A program made the position numbers and the translations under genes. 64,000 nt of DNA. Origin: Hyaloraphidium curvatum SAG 235-1 (Eukaryota; Fungi; Monoblepharomycota). The notes beneath the pieces were generated by a model. It did not search any database. It had not been told where the DNA came from and worked only from the letters and a program-made list of their open reading frames with translations. The first letter of the stretch is position 1; each line of letters opens with the position of its first letter. The stretch is from assembly GCA_025558095.1 (NCBI GenBank), contig JAIVFI010000034.1, positions 62,001-126,000 on the forward strand, in the 5' to 3' direction. Shown here piece by piece: positions 11,239 through 23,020 of this stretch.

Positions 11239-13011
11239 CTACAGCGGCACCCCCCGCGCGAACGACATCACCCCCCTCGGATCCCACGCCCTCTTCAGCC
11301 CCCTCAGCCTCGCCCACCCCTCCTGCCCAAAGTACGCCTCCCCCGGCCACGGCCCGCCCGTTCCCGCGCCCTGCACGACGGTGCCGTTGGCGAGGGGGGT
11401 CGCGTCGCCGTCGAGGTAGTTGTAGTACGCCGCCGCGGTCCCCCCGCTCCGCCCAGGCCATTCCTCGGCGTACCCGCGGATGATCCGGGCAAAGGCGGCG
11501 CGGTGCCATGCCAGGCACCGCGGGCAGTCCCCCCGCTCCCAGATTATTTGCAGCTCGAACGACGAAAACGTGCCCGGCCCCTGGTGAACAAAGGCCGACG
11601 GGGAGGGCGAGCGCAGGGCGGGGAAGGGGGAGCGAGAGGGGTTGGTGATGTGGCTCGCGGGGCCGCCCCAGAGGACCTGCAGGGTGAAGAGGTTGATGAT
11701 CCCCGCGTCCCACGGGATCCGGGAGACGGCGTCGCGGGTGCCGACGGTCTCGAGGAGGGCGCGGTAGAACGGCCCGTTGGGGCGGGGGGCCGAAGGGAGG
11801 ACGAGGGAGGAGGCCTTCCACAAGTGCCCGTCGGTGGCCTGCGCGCCGCCCTCGAGGGAGAGGTCCTGGATCGAGGGGGCGGGGCCGGCGGGCTGCACCC
11901 ACGAGTTCCAGAGGAGCGCGTCGATGTACCGCCCCGCGCGGACGTCGGTCTCGGTCGGCATGCCCGCGGCGTCGGTCAGCGGCTTAAGGAGGCGCCAGAC
12001 GGCCGAGGTGTCCGAGGTGCCGTACCAGAAGCCGACGAGGAAGAGGGTGCTGGGCACGTCCGGGGACCACGAGGGGGAGTTGGGCGACCAGTTGAACTCG
12101 GTCGTGACGTTGGGGTGCATGGCTGCCGAGGAGGCGAGGGCATAGTATGCCGGCGCGAGGCGGTCGGCGACCCCGCCGGGCCACTTGAGGGAGAAGAAGA
12201 CGGTGCCCAAATTGTTGGGTACGCGGTGCACCGTAAACCAGAACCGGGTGGCGATTCCGAAGTTGTTTTGGCCCCCGCCGCGGAGCGCCCACCACAGGTC
12301 CGCGGCGGGCCCGGTCGAGTTGGCCCTCACGCGCAGCGTCCGCCCGTCGGGCACCACGATCTCCACCTCGACGAGCGCGTTGGAGAGCACCCCGAACATG
12401 CGGCCGAAGTTGCCCACGCCGCCGGCGAGCACCTGGCCGACGCCTACGCCGGGGCACGTTCCTCCCGGCAGCAGCCAGGGGCCGGTGGCCTGGCGGTACA
12501 GGGCGAGGTACACCGGGCCGAGCTTCCAGCCCGCACCGACCTCGGCGATGCCCGATCGGGCCGGTTCCAAGGGGCGCACCGGGCCCGGCCGCACATTTAG
12601 CTGCCTGAAGTTCCTCAGGTCGACGACCACCGCTCCCCGTCCGCCGAAGCCCGTCGAGCCCGACGAATACCCCTCGAATGAGTGGCCGCCCGACCGCGCC
12701 GTGACGCGGTACGCCGGGCGGCCCTTAACGGCGGCGCACGACGAGGCGCAGCGGAAGGCCGCGGCGACGTGGGCGGCGGTGCGGGGCAGCATGACGGCGG
12801 CGGGGCGTCCGCGGTGGCGCCACTGCCACGAGGGATAGTTGGCCTCGAACGCCGCCGAGCCGGGGAACTGCACGTTGTTCCCCAGCGCGCGCGAGAGGCA
12901 CGTCCTCAAGGTGCCGCCCGTGCAGTTGGCCTGGCCCGCCGCCGGGGCTGCCAGCAGCAGCAGCGGGAGGAGGAACGCCGCGATGGCCGGCATGGGCGCC
13001 GGGAACCGCAT
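11239..13011 (-). CDS. Secreted FAD-linked oxidase (berberine-bridge-enzyme-like), intronless
   Basis: Signal peptide; RSGGHSFEG covalent-FAD His; GTCPGVGVG Cys; WWALRGGG; YYNYLD and LKRAWDP BBE C-terminus. Confidence 0.92.
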   Translation of the reverse strand: MRFPAPMPAIAAFLLPLLLLAAPAAGQANCTGGTLRTCLSRALGNNVQFPGSAAFEANYPSWQWRHRGRPAAVMLPRTAAHVAAAFRCASSCAAVKGRPAYRVTARSGGHSFEGYSSGSTGFGGRGAVVVDLRNFRQLNVRPGPVRPLEPARSGIAEVGAGWKLGPVYLALYRQATGPWLLPGGTCPGVGVGQVLAGGVGNFGRMFGVLSNALVEVEIVVPDGRTLRVRANSTGPAADLWWALRGGGQNNFGIATRFWFTVHRVPNNLGTVFFSLKWPGGVADRLAPAYYALASSAAMHPNVTTEFNWSPNSPSWSPDVPSTLFLVGFWYGTSDTSAVWRLLKPLTDAAGMPTETDVRAGRYIDALLWNSWVQPAGPAPSIQDLSLEGGAQATDGHLWKASSLVLPSAPRPNGPFYRALLETVGTRDAVSRIPWDAGIINLFTLQVLWGGPASHITNPSRSPFPALRSPSPSAFVHQGPGTFSSFELQIIWERGDCPRCLAWHRAAFARIIRGYAEEWPGRSGGTAAAYYNYLDGDATPLANGTVVQGAGTGGPWPGEAYFGQEGWARLRGLKRAWDPRGVMSFARGVPL

Positions 13012-13435
13012 TTTCGGGCCTCCCAGGCAGTGCAGGCGATTTTGTGTCGTTTTGGGAAGTGGCGGCGGCGGGTAATCCTGACTCAAGACCCTCTGCCCGA
13101 CCCCAACCTCTGTCAGGCTGACAGCAGGCTGCACTCCCGCAGAAAGCACGTTGCCATGCTGGCAAAGCGATGCGGAGCTGCTCTGGCTTTGGATGTCGCA
13201 CCTGGCAGTGAGGGCAGCTACACTTCGCCCTCGGTGTCAGATCTTTTCGAACTAGACAGAAGAGATCAGACGAGGATGACTATCAGACGAGGATGACGCC
13301 GCCGACAAATGACCAGAATGCTCAATTGATATCAACATCGTCCAGCTGTCGGCTGCCGACTGCCAACATGCTTGTGATCGCGCAAGCGCGGGAGACATTG
13401 CCGCCTTGTTTACTTCCTCTCCACTCCTTCCGGAC

Positions 13436-14604
13436 ATGTCGGCGCCCCCGCCGCTCACCGCCGACCAGCTCTCGCGCTACTTTTCGCGCATCGGCCTCGA
13501 CGCGCCCGCCGTCGCCGCCGCGCAGCGCGTGCCGGACGTGCCCGCCGCGCCGCCGCCCGGCTCGCCGTCGGCGCTGCTCCCCACCGCGGACCTCCTCAAA
13601 CTGATACTGGAAAAGCACTCGACCGCCGTGCCGTTCGAGAACCTGGACGTGCACCTGCCGCGGCTGTACCCGGGCCGGCCGGAACCCGCGGGGCAGGGCG
13701 GGCGCCGGGAGGAGCAGCTGCTCGACGCCCGCGGCGGGTGGTGCTTTGAGCACAACGGCCTGCTCAAGCGGGCACTGTTGGCGTTGGGCTACGCGGTGCA
13801 GGATGTGGGCTGCCGCGTTTGCCACCCCGACCCTTCGAACCCGGGGGCCAACCTGCCCGGGATCGCGGGGCACCGCGCGCTGCTGGTCACCCCTCCGCCG
13901 CTCTCCGCCCTGTTGGGCAACGCGCCCGCGCGGGGGGTCCCGCGGAAGCGCTATTTGGCGGACGTGGGGTTCGGCTCCCACGCCGCCGCCCTCGTCCCCG
14001 TCGAAATGCCCGAGCGCGGGGAGGGGCTGTCCCCCGAGGCGTGGAAGGTTCCCGGGGTCAAGGGGTGGCGTATCGCCGAGGGACATTACCCCGATCCAAA
14101 GGTGAAGGGGGAGGTCGGGTTGGGCTGGTACATGCAAGCCTGGGAGGTCGGGAAGGCAGAGGGCGGCGGGGCTGACAAGAGGAGGGGGAGGTGGGCGGAC
14201 GCGTACTGGTTCGACGAGAGGGTGGGTTGCCCGTGGCGATGTCTGGTTCCTCTCCACTTGGGAGCTGACGGCGCCTCCTTCCCCATGACAAGTATCCCGT
14301 CTTCGAGTGCGACTTTGACGCCGCCTCGCTGTACCTCTCCACGCACCCCGCCTCTCCCTTCGTCACCGCCACCCGGATCAGCCTATGGACCCCGCGCGCA
14401 GAGCTGGACGCGATCCTGGCCGCGCGCGGGCTGTCCCCCGATCTATCGGGCGCCGCCGACGGGCCCTGGTTGGTCACTTACGTCTCGGGTTCGATCGCGG
14501 TGCGGAGCCCGGAGGGGGAGCTGGTGGAGCTGGAAAAAGTGGACGAGGGGGATAAGGGGAAGAGGGAGGAGGCGTGGAAGGTGTGGTTCGGGATCGAGGT
14601 GTAG
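13436..14604 (+). CDS. Arylamine N-acetyltransferase family (1 intron ~14222-14292)
   Basis: PFENLDV, RGGWCFEHNGLL (catalytic Cys), GHRALLV (His), YLADVGFG (Asp), second exon DFDAASLYLSTHPASPF. Confidence 0.9.
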
Positions 14605-15181
14605 CCCGGACCCGCTCCCGGAGGTCGGTGGCGGTCGGAGCCGTCCGGCTGCGCTGCGCGTAGTATATTCTGCCGTTCGAACGTCGAGGAAGCATGACGA
14701 GAAGGCTGCGGCTGCCGACTTCCGCCGGCCGACCCGAAGCCGGGTCGGGCGGCACCGATAACGTCCCGAGTCGGAACTCCCCTGCCCCGGCAAAGGAGAA
14801 GCAGGCGACCGGCAAACCGCCGTGCGGATCGTGAGCGAGCCCCCTCTCCGACTACATCGGCGCCCTCCCAGCGCAGTGGGATGCCTACTGGTTGGGGGAT
14901 CACTCTGACGAATCAGCTGCTGTGTCGGGCCCTTGGGCGGTGCCGGGCCGAAAGGATCCCGAACCAAGGACGCACGCCGATAAGTCATCCGCTGTGGCAA
15001 TTCCTGTGCTGCCGTCAGCACAGGCGGTCGGAATCGGACCTGACTCTGGGATCTCTGCGCTGTGCGCCTGGCAGGGATGCGGCATCCCCGCGCCCTATAA
15101 AGGACGCACCGTCAGGAGCGGTGGAGGGTCATCGCATTCCGACACATCGCCAGCAATCGCATCGCACTCCTCTGCTCCGAC

Positions 15182-16683
15182 ATGCCTCGCGCAGCGCGCA
15201 TATCAGCGCTCGCCGCCGTCCTCGCCGCCTTTGCCGCTTCCGCCGCCGCCGCGCCGACCAAGTTCTTTGGTGCGTCGCCCGTCTGCACTCCACGGGACAT
15301 GCCCGCTCACACGGCACCCCTTCCAGGCTACCAGTACGCCGGCGAGGCCAAGGACACCAAGAACGAGGTCGTCTCCTTCGAGCCCGTCTCCTTCAACATC
15401 GCTAGCAACGGCCTCGGCGCCACCATCCCCGCCAACCCGATCCGCCCCGACGCCGCCCGCAAGGCCACCATGCCAGTCACCAAGTTTACCGGCGTGTTCA
15501 AGGAGCCCGACTCGGCCCCGGCGGACGGCGCCGCGAACGACACGAGCATGTTCGACCCCGCCACACCTTTCAACTTCCTCGGCGTGGCTCGGACCACCGG
15601 CATCGTGACCGAGTACCTGTACAACGGCGTGGCAGCGGCCACCACCGGCGTGGAGGCCTGGGTCAAGAACTTCCTGCAGGCGGATGCGGCGACAACCGAC
15701 CAGGTTAGTCCGCCGTTGCGGCTTGTGTGCATCGCTGACGTGCGTCCCCGCGCAGGTCGACTTCATGGTCGGCAACATGCCCAACCCCGGCTCCAAGTAC
15801 TACTCCTGCACAGGCACCGGCGGCGCCGCCAAGACGTGCACGCGCCTCTCCACCGCCCCCGTGATCGCCAGACGCGGCGCGCTCGACCGGCGCTACATCT
15901 TCGGCCGCGACGACCGCTCCCGAATCGCCGCCGGCAGCCGCGGCAATTACCCCTTCCGCACCGTCGGCGTCGTTGGCAACCACTGCACCGGCACCCTCGT
16001 CAGCCCCCGCCACGTGCTCACCGCGGGCCATTGCGTGCACACGGGCGCCGGCGGGGACTGGATCGCCGACCTGAGCTTCTCGCCCGCGTACGACGAGGAC
16101 GCGGCGGTCAAGAGGCCCTTCGGGAAGTTCGAGTGGCGCTCGGCGACGACGGTCAACGCGTGGGCGAGGGACGGGAGCTGGTCGCACGACTATGCCATCA
16201 TCGAGCTCGAGACCGCTGACACGGGCCTGGGCTGGATGTCGTACGGCTGGCACAACGGCCTCAACGTGAACTGGAACCTGAACCGTGGGTTGACTTGCCC
16301 TCCCTCCTCTTCGCACTCGGCACGGGCTGACCTGCCGCCCGTCCCCAGTCAACGGCTACCCCGGCGACAAGTGGGCCCGCATGCACAACCACTTCGGCGC
16401 CCTCCTCGGCGTCAACGGCGAATCCTTCACCTACCGCACCATCGACATGGTCAAGGGCACCTCCGGCTCCGGCGTGTATCTCTACCGCGCCAACGACGGG
16501 TTCCGCCGCATCTACGGGGTCAACAACGTCCAGTACTGGATGGGAGGGGATGCTCAGGCTGGGAACGCAAACTATGCGGCGGGACACACCGCGCCGTCGT
16601 GGAACCAGGCGGTCCGGATCACCCCGGCCAAGTTCGCGCGGATCTGCGGGTGGATCAACATGCCCGCGGCGATCGGATGCTGA
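15182..16683 (+). CDS. Secreted trypsin-like (glutamyl endopeptidase/V8-type) serine protease, 3 exons
   Basis: Signal peptide; LDRR|YIFGRDDR; CTGTLVSPRHVLTAGHC; HDYAII; GYPGDK; GTSGSGVY. Confidence 0.88.
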
Positions 16684-17248
16684 TTGGCTCTAATTGAGGA
16701 TCTGAACATCGTGTACATAGCTGACTCTGCTTGTCCTGAGCAACGCGATATAGACTTGAATTGGATGAAACAACGTCGTCGCTCCGGATCCCAATCGAGC
16801 TCCCTTCGTGTGTGGTGGCCGCGTGTTCGAGCAGGGACACAAGAGTCGGGGGGCGGAGATGACAGCTACGACACGCGGTCGCACGATCCCGTGCCCAAGC
16901 GGCGAAGATCGCCACGGTCCTTCGTGCCAGCGGCGATGCGATGGAGAGCGCTTTGGCGCGAGTGCTGGGTTTGGTGACGTCGTGGGGTCCGGATCGCGAG
17001 CGTTGGGCTTCCCTGAAGCCGCCCGGGCGGCCGCCGCAAGCTATCACAGGAGGGGGCGAGCGAATCCGTTCCGAAAGGCAGCGTGCGACCATTTCTCTCC
17101 TTCGTCAACCTTGTGTGCCGACGGAGCAGGGATGCGACCTCGTGCAAGGCGGAGCTCGACGTCACCCGCGCGCCCCGCCGCAGGATGGACGCCTTGGGTC
17201 GAGCCCCGACCCCTTTCCCTCCAGCCGCAAACGTCTCCCTCAGCAACA

Positions 17249-18205
17249 ATGCTCCCTCTTGACCTCGTCCCCGCCCTCGTCCGCGCGCTGCTCGCCGCCG
17301 GCGCGCAGGCCACCGCCGCGCGGCTGGTCTCGGCCTCCCGCGGATGCCGCGCGGCGGGGAGGCGGGAGCTGCTGCGGGCGGTGTGCGCGCGCGGGTGGAC
17401 GGGAGAGCGCGTGTGGGGGCTGCTGCCCTCGGCGGGGCACGTGCGGAGGCTGGAGGTGGCGGTGCCGGCGGGGTGCGGGGCGGAGGTGGAGCTCGTACGT
17501 GCGTGCGGGAACTTGAGGTCGCTGCGGGTGTGTGCATGGGACAAGGAGGGTGCGCGTGGGCTGCTGGCCGCTCTGCCTTCCCTCAATTATCTCGAGGAGC
17601 TGGAGATCGAGGGCGCGGGGTGGGAGGCGTGCGGGGAGGAAGCCGTCGCGTTCCCTCCCTCGCTGAGGAGGGTCAAGGTGACGGCGGTGTCGAAAGCAGA
17701 GGGTTTCCTCCGCGCCCTGGAAGCGGCCCCGGGCCTCAAGGATCTGTTCTACGTCTCCCCAGACTTCGGCAGCGGCTGTCTGGCCGCCTTCCCCGGCCTG
17801 CTGGCCAAGCTTCAACGCCTCGAGACCGACGCAGCGGACCTCATCGGGCTCCCCTCCGGCCTCTCCCTGCGCAACATGCGCACCGTCGTCCTCCGGTGCG
17901 CGGAAGAGCTGGATGCGTGGTCGTGGGGCAGGCTGTGCTCCGCGCTGGATGCCGAGCGGGTGGTGCTGGAGCAGACGTGCACGTCGCGGGTGCTGGACGG
18001 GCTCCCGCCACGGGCAGGAACGGTGGTGCTTTCCCGACCGGTTCCCGGCTTGGATCGTGGGAGATTCGGGGCGGCGGCACGGGCGGCGGCGGGGGTGGAC
18101 CGGCTGGTGCTCATGGTCGCGGAGGGCAGCCCGTCGTGGAGCGCCGCCCAGGAGGAGCGCGGATTCTGGCGCTCGCTGTTCAACGCGGCTTGGATCGGAT
18201 GCTGA
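17249..18205 (+). CDS. F-box-like/LRR-like hypothetical protein
   Basis: N-terminal LPLDLVPALVRAL...LVSASR, then LxxLxL repeats (NLRSLRV, YLEELEI, SLRRVKV). Confidence 0.55.
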   Translation: MLPLDLVPALVRALLAAGAQATAARLVSASRGCRAAGRRELLRAVCARGWTGERVWGLLPSAGHVRRLEVAVPAGCGAEVELVRACGNLRSLRVCAWDKEGARGLLAALPSLNYLEELEIEGAGWEACGEEAVAFPPSLRRVKVTAVSKAEGFLRALEAAPGLKDLFYVSPDFGSGCLAAFPGLLAKLQRLETDAADLIGLPSGLSLRNMRTVVLRCAEELDAWSWGRLCSALDAERVVLEQTCTSRVLDGLPPRAGTVVLSRPVPGLDRGRFGAAARAAAGVDRLVLMVAEGSPSWSAAQEERGFWRSLFNAAWIGC

Positions 18206-18554
18206 AGGGGAAGGATCGACGTAGTGTTTGCGTGGAGGGTGGAACGCGAGCCTCAGGAACGACGACTCGCAGTGAATGAGCTCCAATTGCTGTATGCAGG
18301 TCCACTTCCTCTTTCGCGGCGTGTTTCCTTGCATGTCGCCTTTTGAGGCACCCGAGAGCGGCAAGAGAGAGGCCTGACGCCGACTACAAGACTGTTTCGT
18401 AAGGCGGCGTCGCCTTGCCGCGTAAGCTGGAGCGGGCGGACCCTCGGAACTTCCGCCTCCCCCAACTCCTCTAGAACGCGCCGTAGCGACCGAAACCGTT
18501 CTTGGTGACCGCGAAACCGGCCTGCAGTCCTCACTCCCTCGAAAACCCGCCGCG

Positions 18555-19184
18555 ATGGCCGCCTCTACCTCCCCCTCCCCCGCCCCCGTCGCTTCGCCCG
18601 AGGACGTTCTCTCGTTCTGGTACCCGACCTCCCCGCCGACCTTCCGCGCTGAATGGTACCGCGTCAACCCCGCCATGGACGAAGAGATCACGCGGCGCTT
18701 CCTCCCGACGTACGAGGCCGCGGCGCGGGGCGACCTCTCGTCGTGGGAGTCGTCCCCCCGTTCCGCGCTTGCGCTCGTCATCACGATGGACCAGTTCCCG
18801 CGCAACATGTTCCGCAGCACCGCCCGCGCGTTCGCGACCGACAAGGACGCGCTGCGGGTGGCGAAGGACGCGATCAGGAAGGGCTTCGACGGGGAAATGG
18901 GCGTCTACGAGCGGTGGTTCCTGTACCTGCCCCTCGGCCACTCGGAGGTGCTGGAGGATCAGAACGAGGTGGTCGGCTTGTTCGAAGCCATGGCGAAAGT
19001 ACACCCCGAGTGCAGGATGGCCATAGGGCCGTCTAAGGAGCACAGGGACATCGTGGCAAGGTTCGGGAGGTTCCCGCACAGGAACGAGGTGCTGGGAAGG
19101 GAGTCTACGGAGGAGGAAGTGGAGTTTTTGGAGAATGGGGGACCCAACTTCGGACAGGGGCCTCCGAAAAAGGGAGGGAGGTAG
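18555..19184 (+). CDS. DUF924 family protein, intronless
   Basis: VLSFWY, LALVITMDQFPRNMFR, FLYLPLGHSE, RFGRFPHRNEVLGRESTEEE. Confidence 0.92.
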   Translation: MAASTSPSPAPVASPEDVLSFWYPTSPPTFRAEWYRVNPAMDEEITRRFLPTYEAAARGDLSSWESSPRSALALVITMDQFPRNMFRSTARAFATDKDALRVAKDAIRKGFDGEMGVYERWFLYLPLGHSEVLEDQNEVVGLFEAMAKVHPECRMAIGPSKEHRDIVARFGRFPHRNEVLGRESTEEEVEFLENGGPNFGQGPPKKGGR

Positions 19185-19466
19185 CCTCGTCCGTTGCGCC
19201 CCCTCTCGCGATCCATCAACCAAGCAAGTGAACGTGTATATCTGTGCCTTCAATCCACCTTTATGCTCATTCTCGGGCTCTCTCGATCTTCCGTAAGCGA
19301 GCGCGGCGGGAACCTCTGGATGTTTCGACGCGTCCGCCACCGCCGCCCTCCAGAACTCTGGAACTTTGGTGCCTGTGACCATACGTGTCCGGAACCAAAT
19401 CGCTCGCAGAGCCTCCTACAGGACTCGTCGTTACCGGAATCTCGTGCATCGCACCCCCTTCGCGCG

Positions 19467-20752
19467 ATGTCCTCGCCCCAGATCCCCGTGCGCTCCGTCG
19501 TCCTGAACGGCAACCCCGCGCCGGTCCCCCTCTCCGCCCTCGGCCTCGGCCTCATGTCGCTCTCCGTCTTCCTCGGCGGGTTCGGCGACGCGGGCCACCA
19601 GACCGAGGAGACCGCGCTGGCCGTCATCGGGCGCGCCCTCGACGCCGTGCCCGCGGGCGGCAAGCTGCTGGTCAACACGGCGACGTTCTACGGGACGGGG
19701 CACAACGAGTGGCTGCTCGGGAAGGCGATTGCCCGGTTCGGGCGGGAGAGGTTCTTCATGTCGGTACCTCGGACGCGTCCGAACCCGCGGGAGCTCATTC
19801 ATGTCGCGTCGGACGGCGCAGAACGGACAAGTTTGGCCAGTTGCGCGACCGCGACACGGGTCGCTCCCTCGGCTTCGACATCTCCCGCGCGTCGATCCGG
19901 GAGCAGCTCGCCGGCACCCTCGAGCGCCTCGGCACGGACAGGGTGGACTGCTACCTCCCCGCGCGGATCCCCCCGGACGTGCCGATCGAGGAGACCGCGG
20001 CGGCGCTGAAGGAGCTCGTGGAGGAGGGCAAGATCGGGTACGCGGGGCTGAGCGAGGCGAACGCCGAGACGATACGGAGGTCTGGTGTCGCGCCGGCCCG
20101 CCCCTGCGGCTTCCTGACGTGCTGCGGGTCCCGACAGGGCATCCAAGGTCTGCCCCATCGCCTTCCTCGAGACCGAGTACTCCATGTTCTCCCTGCACAT
20201 CCGCGAGAGCATCCTCCCCGCGTGCCGCGAGCTGGGCGTCAAGGTCCTCGCCTACTCCCCGCTGGGCCGCGGCATGCTGACGGCCGCGGTGCCCGCCGAG
20301 CTCCCCGCCAGTGGGCACGCCTTCGCTTCCCGCTCCCGACGTGCCGCTGACAAACCCGCCGCCCTTTGCAAGCTGACATGCGCCGGCACTTCCCCCGCTT
20401 CCAGGGCGACAACCTCTCGCACAACCTCGCCCTCGTAGCCAAGGTGCAGCAGCTCGCCGCCAAGGTCGGCTGCACCCCCGCGCAGCTCGCCATCGCGTGG
20501 CTCATGGCCGACGGCGAGGACGTGTTCCCCATTCCGGGGACCAAGTCGGTCGCGCGGCTGGAGGAGAACCTCGGCGCGGCGGCGGTCAGGCTGCCAGCAG
20601 ACGTGAAGGCGGAGATCGATGCGGTGCTGGCGGGGTTCGAGACCAAGGGGGATCGGTACCCCGCAGAGGGGATGGGGCTGATCACGTGGCAGGAGCGGGC
20701 GGACCGGGCGAGGGTGGAGGAGGAGGCGAGGAGGAAGAGAGAGAACCTGTGA
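19467..20752 (+). CDS. Aldo/keto reductase (4 exons)
   Basis: LGLGLMSLS, NTATFYGTGHNE, LERLGTDRVDCY, EEGKIGYAGLSE, AYSPLGRG, PIPGTKSVARLEEN. Confidence 0.92.
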
Positions 20753-20797
20753 ATGGCGACCTGCCGACCACAGAAGGGCTACATCAACCACGACCCT

Positions 20798-21203
20798 CTA
20801 TGCGCGCGAGCCGTTCCGCATCAGGTTGTCCACAAAGAGCCCGATCAACTCGAACCGCTTCGAATAGTGCCCCTCCATCTCCGAAATCCTCCCCTCCAGC
20901 TCGTCCAGCCGTTCCCCCTGGTCCTCTGGGAGGTTCTCGATTGTACCCTCGCACTCCTCGAGCCTGCTGTCGATGTCGTCGACCCTGCCCACCGGGTCCT
21001 CAAACTCCTCTATCTTGTCCTCGGCGTCCTGGAGCCGCTCCTCGGCGGCCGTGAGGCGGGTCTGGAGGTCGCGCACGGCGGATTTGGTCTCGGCAAGGGC
21101 CCGCAGCGGGTTGAGCAGGTGGGTCTCGGTGCGGCGGAGCGGGCGGGTCCGGGGGCGGGTCGGGCGACGCCGGTCGCTTTCGGCCTCGCGTTTCGACGGG
21201 CAT
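20798..21203 (-). pseudogene. Small coiled-coil protein with apparent frameshift near 21140
   Basis: ATG frame MPVETRGRKRPASPDPPPDPP needs a +1 shift to join the heptad-rich LRRTETHLLNPLRALAETKSAVRDLQTRL...LDELEGRISEME. Confidence 0.4.
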
Positions 21204-21361
21204 TTGGCTTCTAGGCGGCCCTTTGGCGGCGCCTTGGCGAAGAATTCAGCAGTTCGAAGAAGAGGCTCGCGGGGACCAAACCCTTCACGATCGTCTTGCA
21301 GGTCTCTTCGCCGGGCCGACCTGTCCTGCAGCCTATCGGGAATTTATTGCCTATTGGAGGA

Positions 21362-22839
21362 ATGTCGCCGACGGCAGGCCCGCCGGCGTTCATCGCCGAG
21401 CTCCGCACCGCGCTCCCCGCCTCCCGCGTCGTCACGCCCGCCGACGGCACCGCCTACGCCTCGCTCCACAAATCGGACAATGCCGACCTCGCCCGCACGT
21501 TCCCGTGCGTCATCGTGCGGTGCCGCTCGGCGGAGGACATCTCGGCGGCCATCATGACCTGCCGCAAGCACGGCGTGCCGCTCTCCGTCGCCGCCGGGAG
21601 GCATTCCGCAAAGTTCTTCCGCGAGGGGGCGGCCTGCATCGACGTCCGCGAGATTGCCCACGTCGAGATCGACCCCGAAAGGCGCGTCGCCCGCGTCGGG
21701 GCGGGCGTCAAGAACGGTGAGCTCGACGCGGCGTGCGGGCAGCACGGGCTCTACGTGACCGCGGGGACCAACTCGGACACGGGCGTCGCGGGGCTCACCC
21801 TCGGCGGCGGGTTTGGTCATCTTTGTCGACAGCTGGGGATGACCGTCGACAGCCTGCTCGAGTGCACTGTTGTCCTCGCCTCGGGCGAGATCGTCAGCGG
21901 CTGCTCGCCGACCCACCGCCCGGAGCTCTTCTGGGCCATCCGAGGCGCGGGCGCAAACTTCGGCTGCCTTGTCGAGTTCGTTTTCAGGCTGCATCCGATC
22001 AAAACGACAGTCTACGGGTTCAACCTCTACCGCGCGCTGCCTGACAAGGACTTTGAGCACAGCATGAACGTGTGCCGGGCCTACAAGCGGCACATTGAAG
22101 AGTCGCCCGTCGAGGTGGCAACGGCCATTTCGTTCGCCCTCGTTCCGCCCTCCATGGCGCCGCACATCTCGGTCACGCCCATCTACAACGGCAATGGCAC
22201 GCCCGAGGAGGGGCTCGCGGCGCTGAAGCGGATCAGGACCATCAAGCAGGACATGGGCTTGGAAGTTGGCAAGAAGATTGTGGACAATGTGAGGCCGTCG
22301 ACCTACGTGCAGCTGCAAAAGGTGCTCGACAGCGGGTCCCCGGGTGAGCCCTCGTCCTCCCGCGCATTCCAGCACCCGCTAACGACTGCGTCGCAGCCGG
22401 CACCTGCTGGTACGGCAAGAACGTCTTCGTCCACTCCCTCGACGACCGCACCTTCTCCCACATCCTCCGCTCCTTCCCCCTGACCCCGACCCCCCTCAAC
22501 TCGGTCGCCATCCTCCCCATGGGCGGCAAGATGGGCCTCCCTTCCGTCTCGGACACCGCGTACCCCCACCGCGCCGCCAAGTATTGGGTCTTTGTGTGGT
22601 GCGTGTACGAGCGGCCCGAGGACAAGGCCCGGGTGCGGGAGTGGGCGCGCGGGGTGGTCGACGGGTGCGCGCACGCGAGGGTGGGGGCGTTCGTGAACCA
22701 GTACGAGCAGAGCAGCGAGGATTGGGAGGTTTGGGGGCCGAACAAGGACAGGCTGGTCGGGTTGAAGAGGGAGTACGATCCGGGGAACGTGTTTTCGGCG
22801 ACGATCTCGCTCGGGGGGGAGGGGAGGGCGGCGCTCTGA
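21362..22839 (+). CDS. FAD-linked oxidoreductase (BBE/6-hydroxynicotine oxidase-like), 1 intron ~22343-22396
   Basis: VAAGRHS, TGVAGLTLGGGFG, LFWAIRGAGANFG, FVNQY...RLVGLKREYDPGNVF. Confidence 0.92.
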
Positions 22840-23020
22840 AGATGGCCGGTGTATGCTGTATCCTATCGAGGAACGCTAGTTGCTCGCTGGTTATGCTCTT
22901 GGGGCATCGGAGAGGGCGGGCGCGCAAGTTGACTTCTCAGAAGTCAACAGAAGACTGCCTCCCACGATGGCGGGCGACAATCCGCCAGTGGAAGAATGGA
23001 TCCGCGACATCGTGCCGAGA

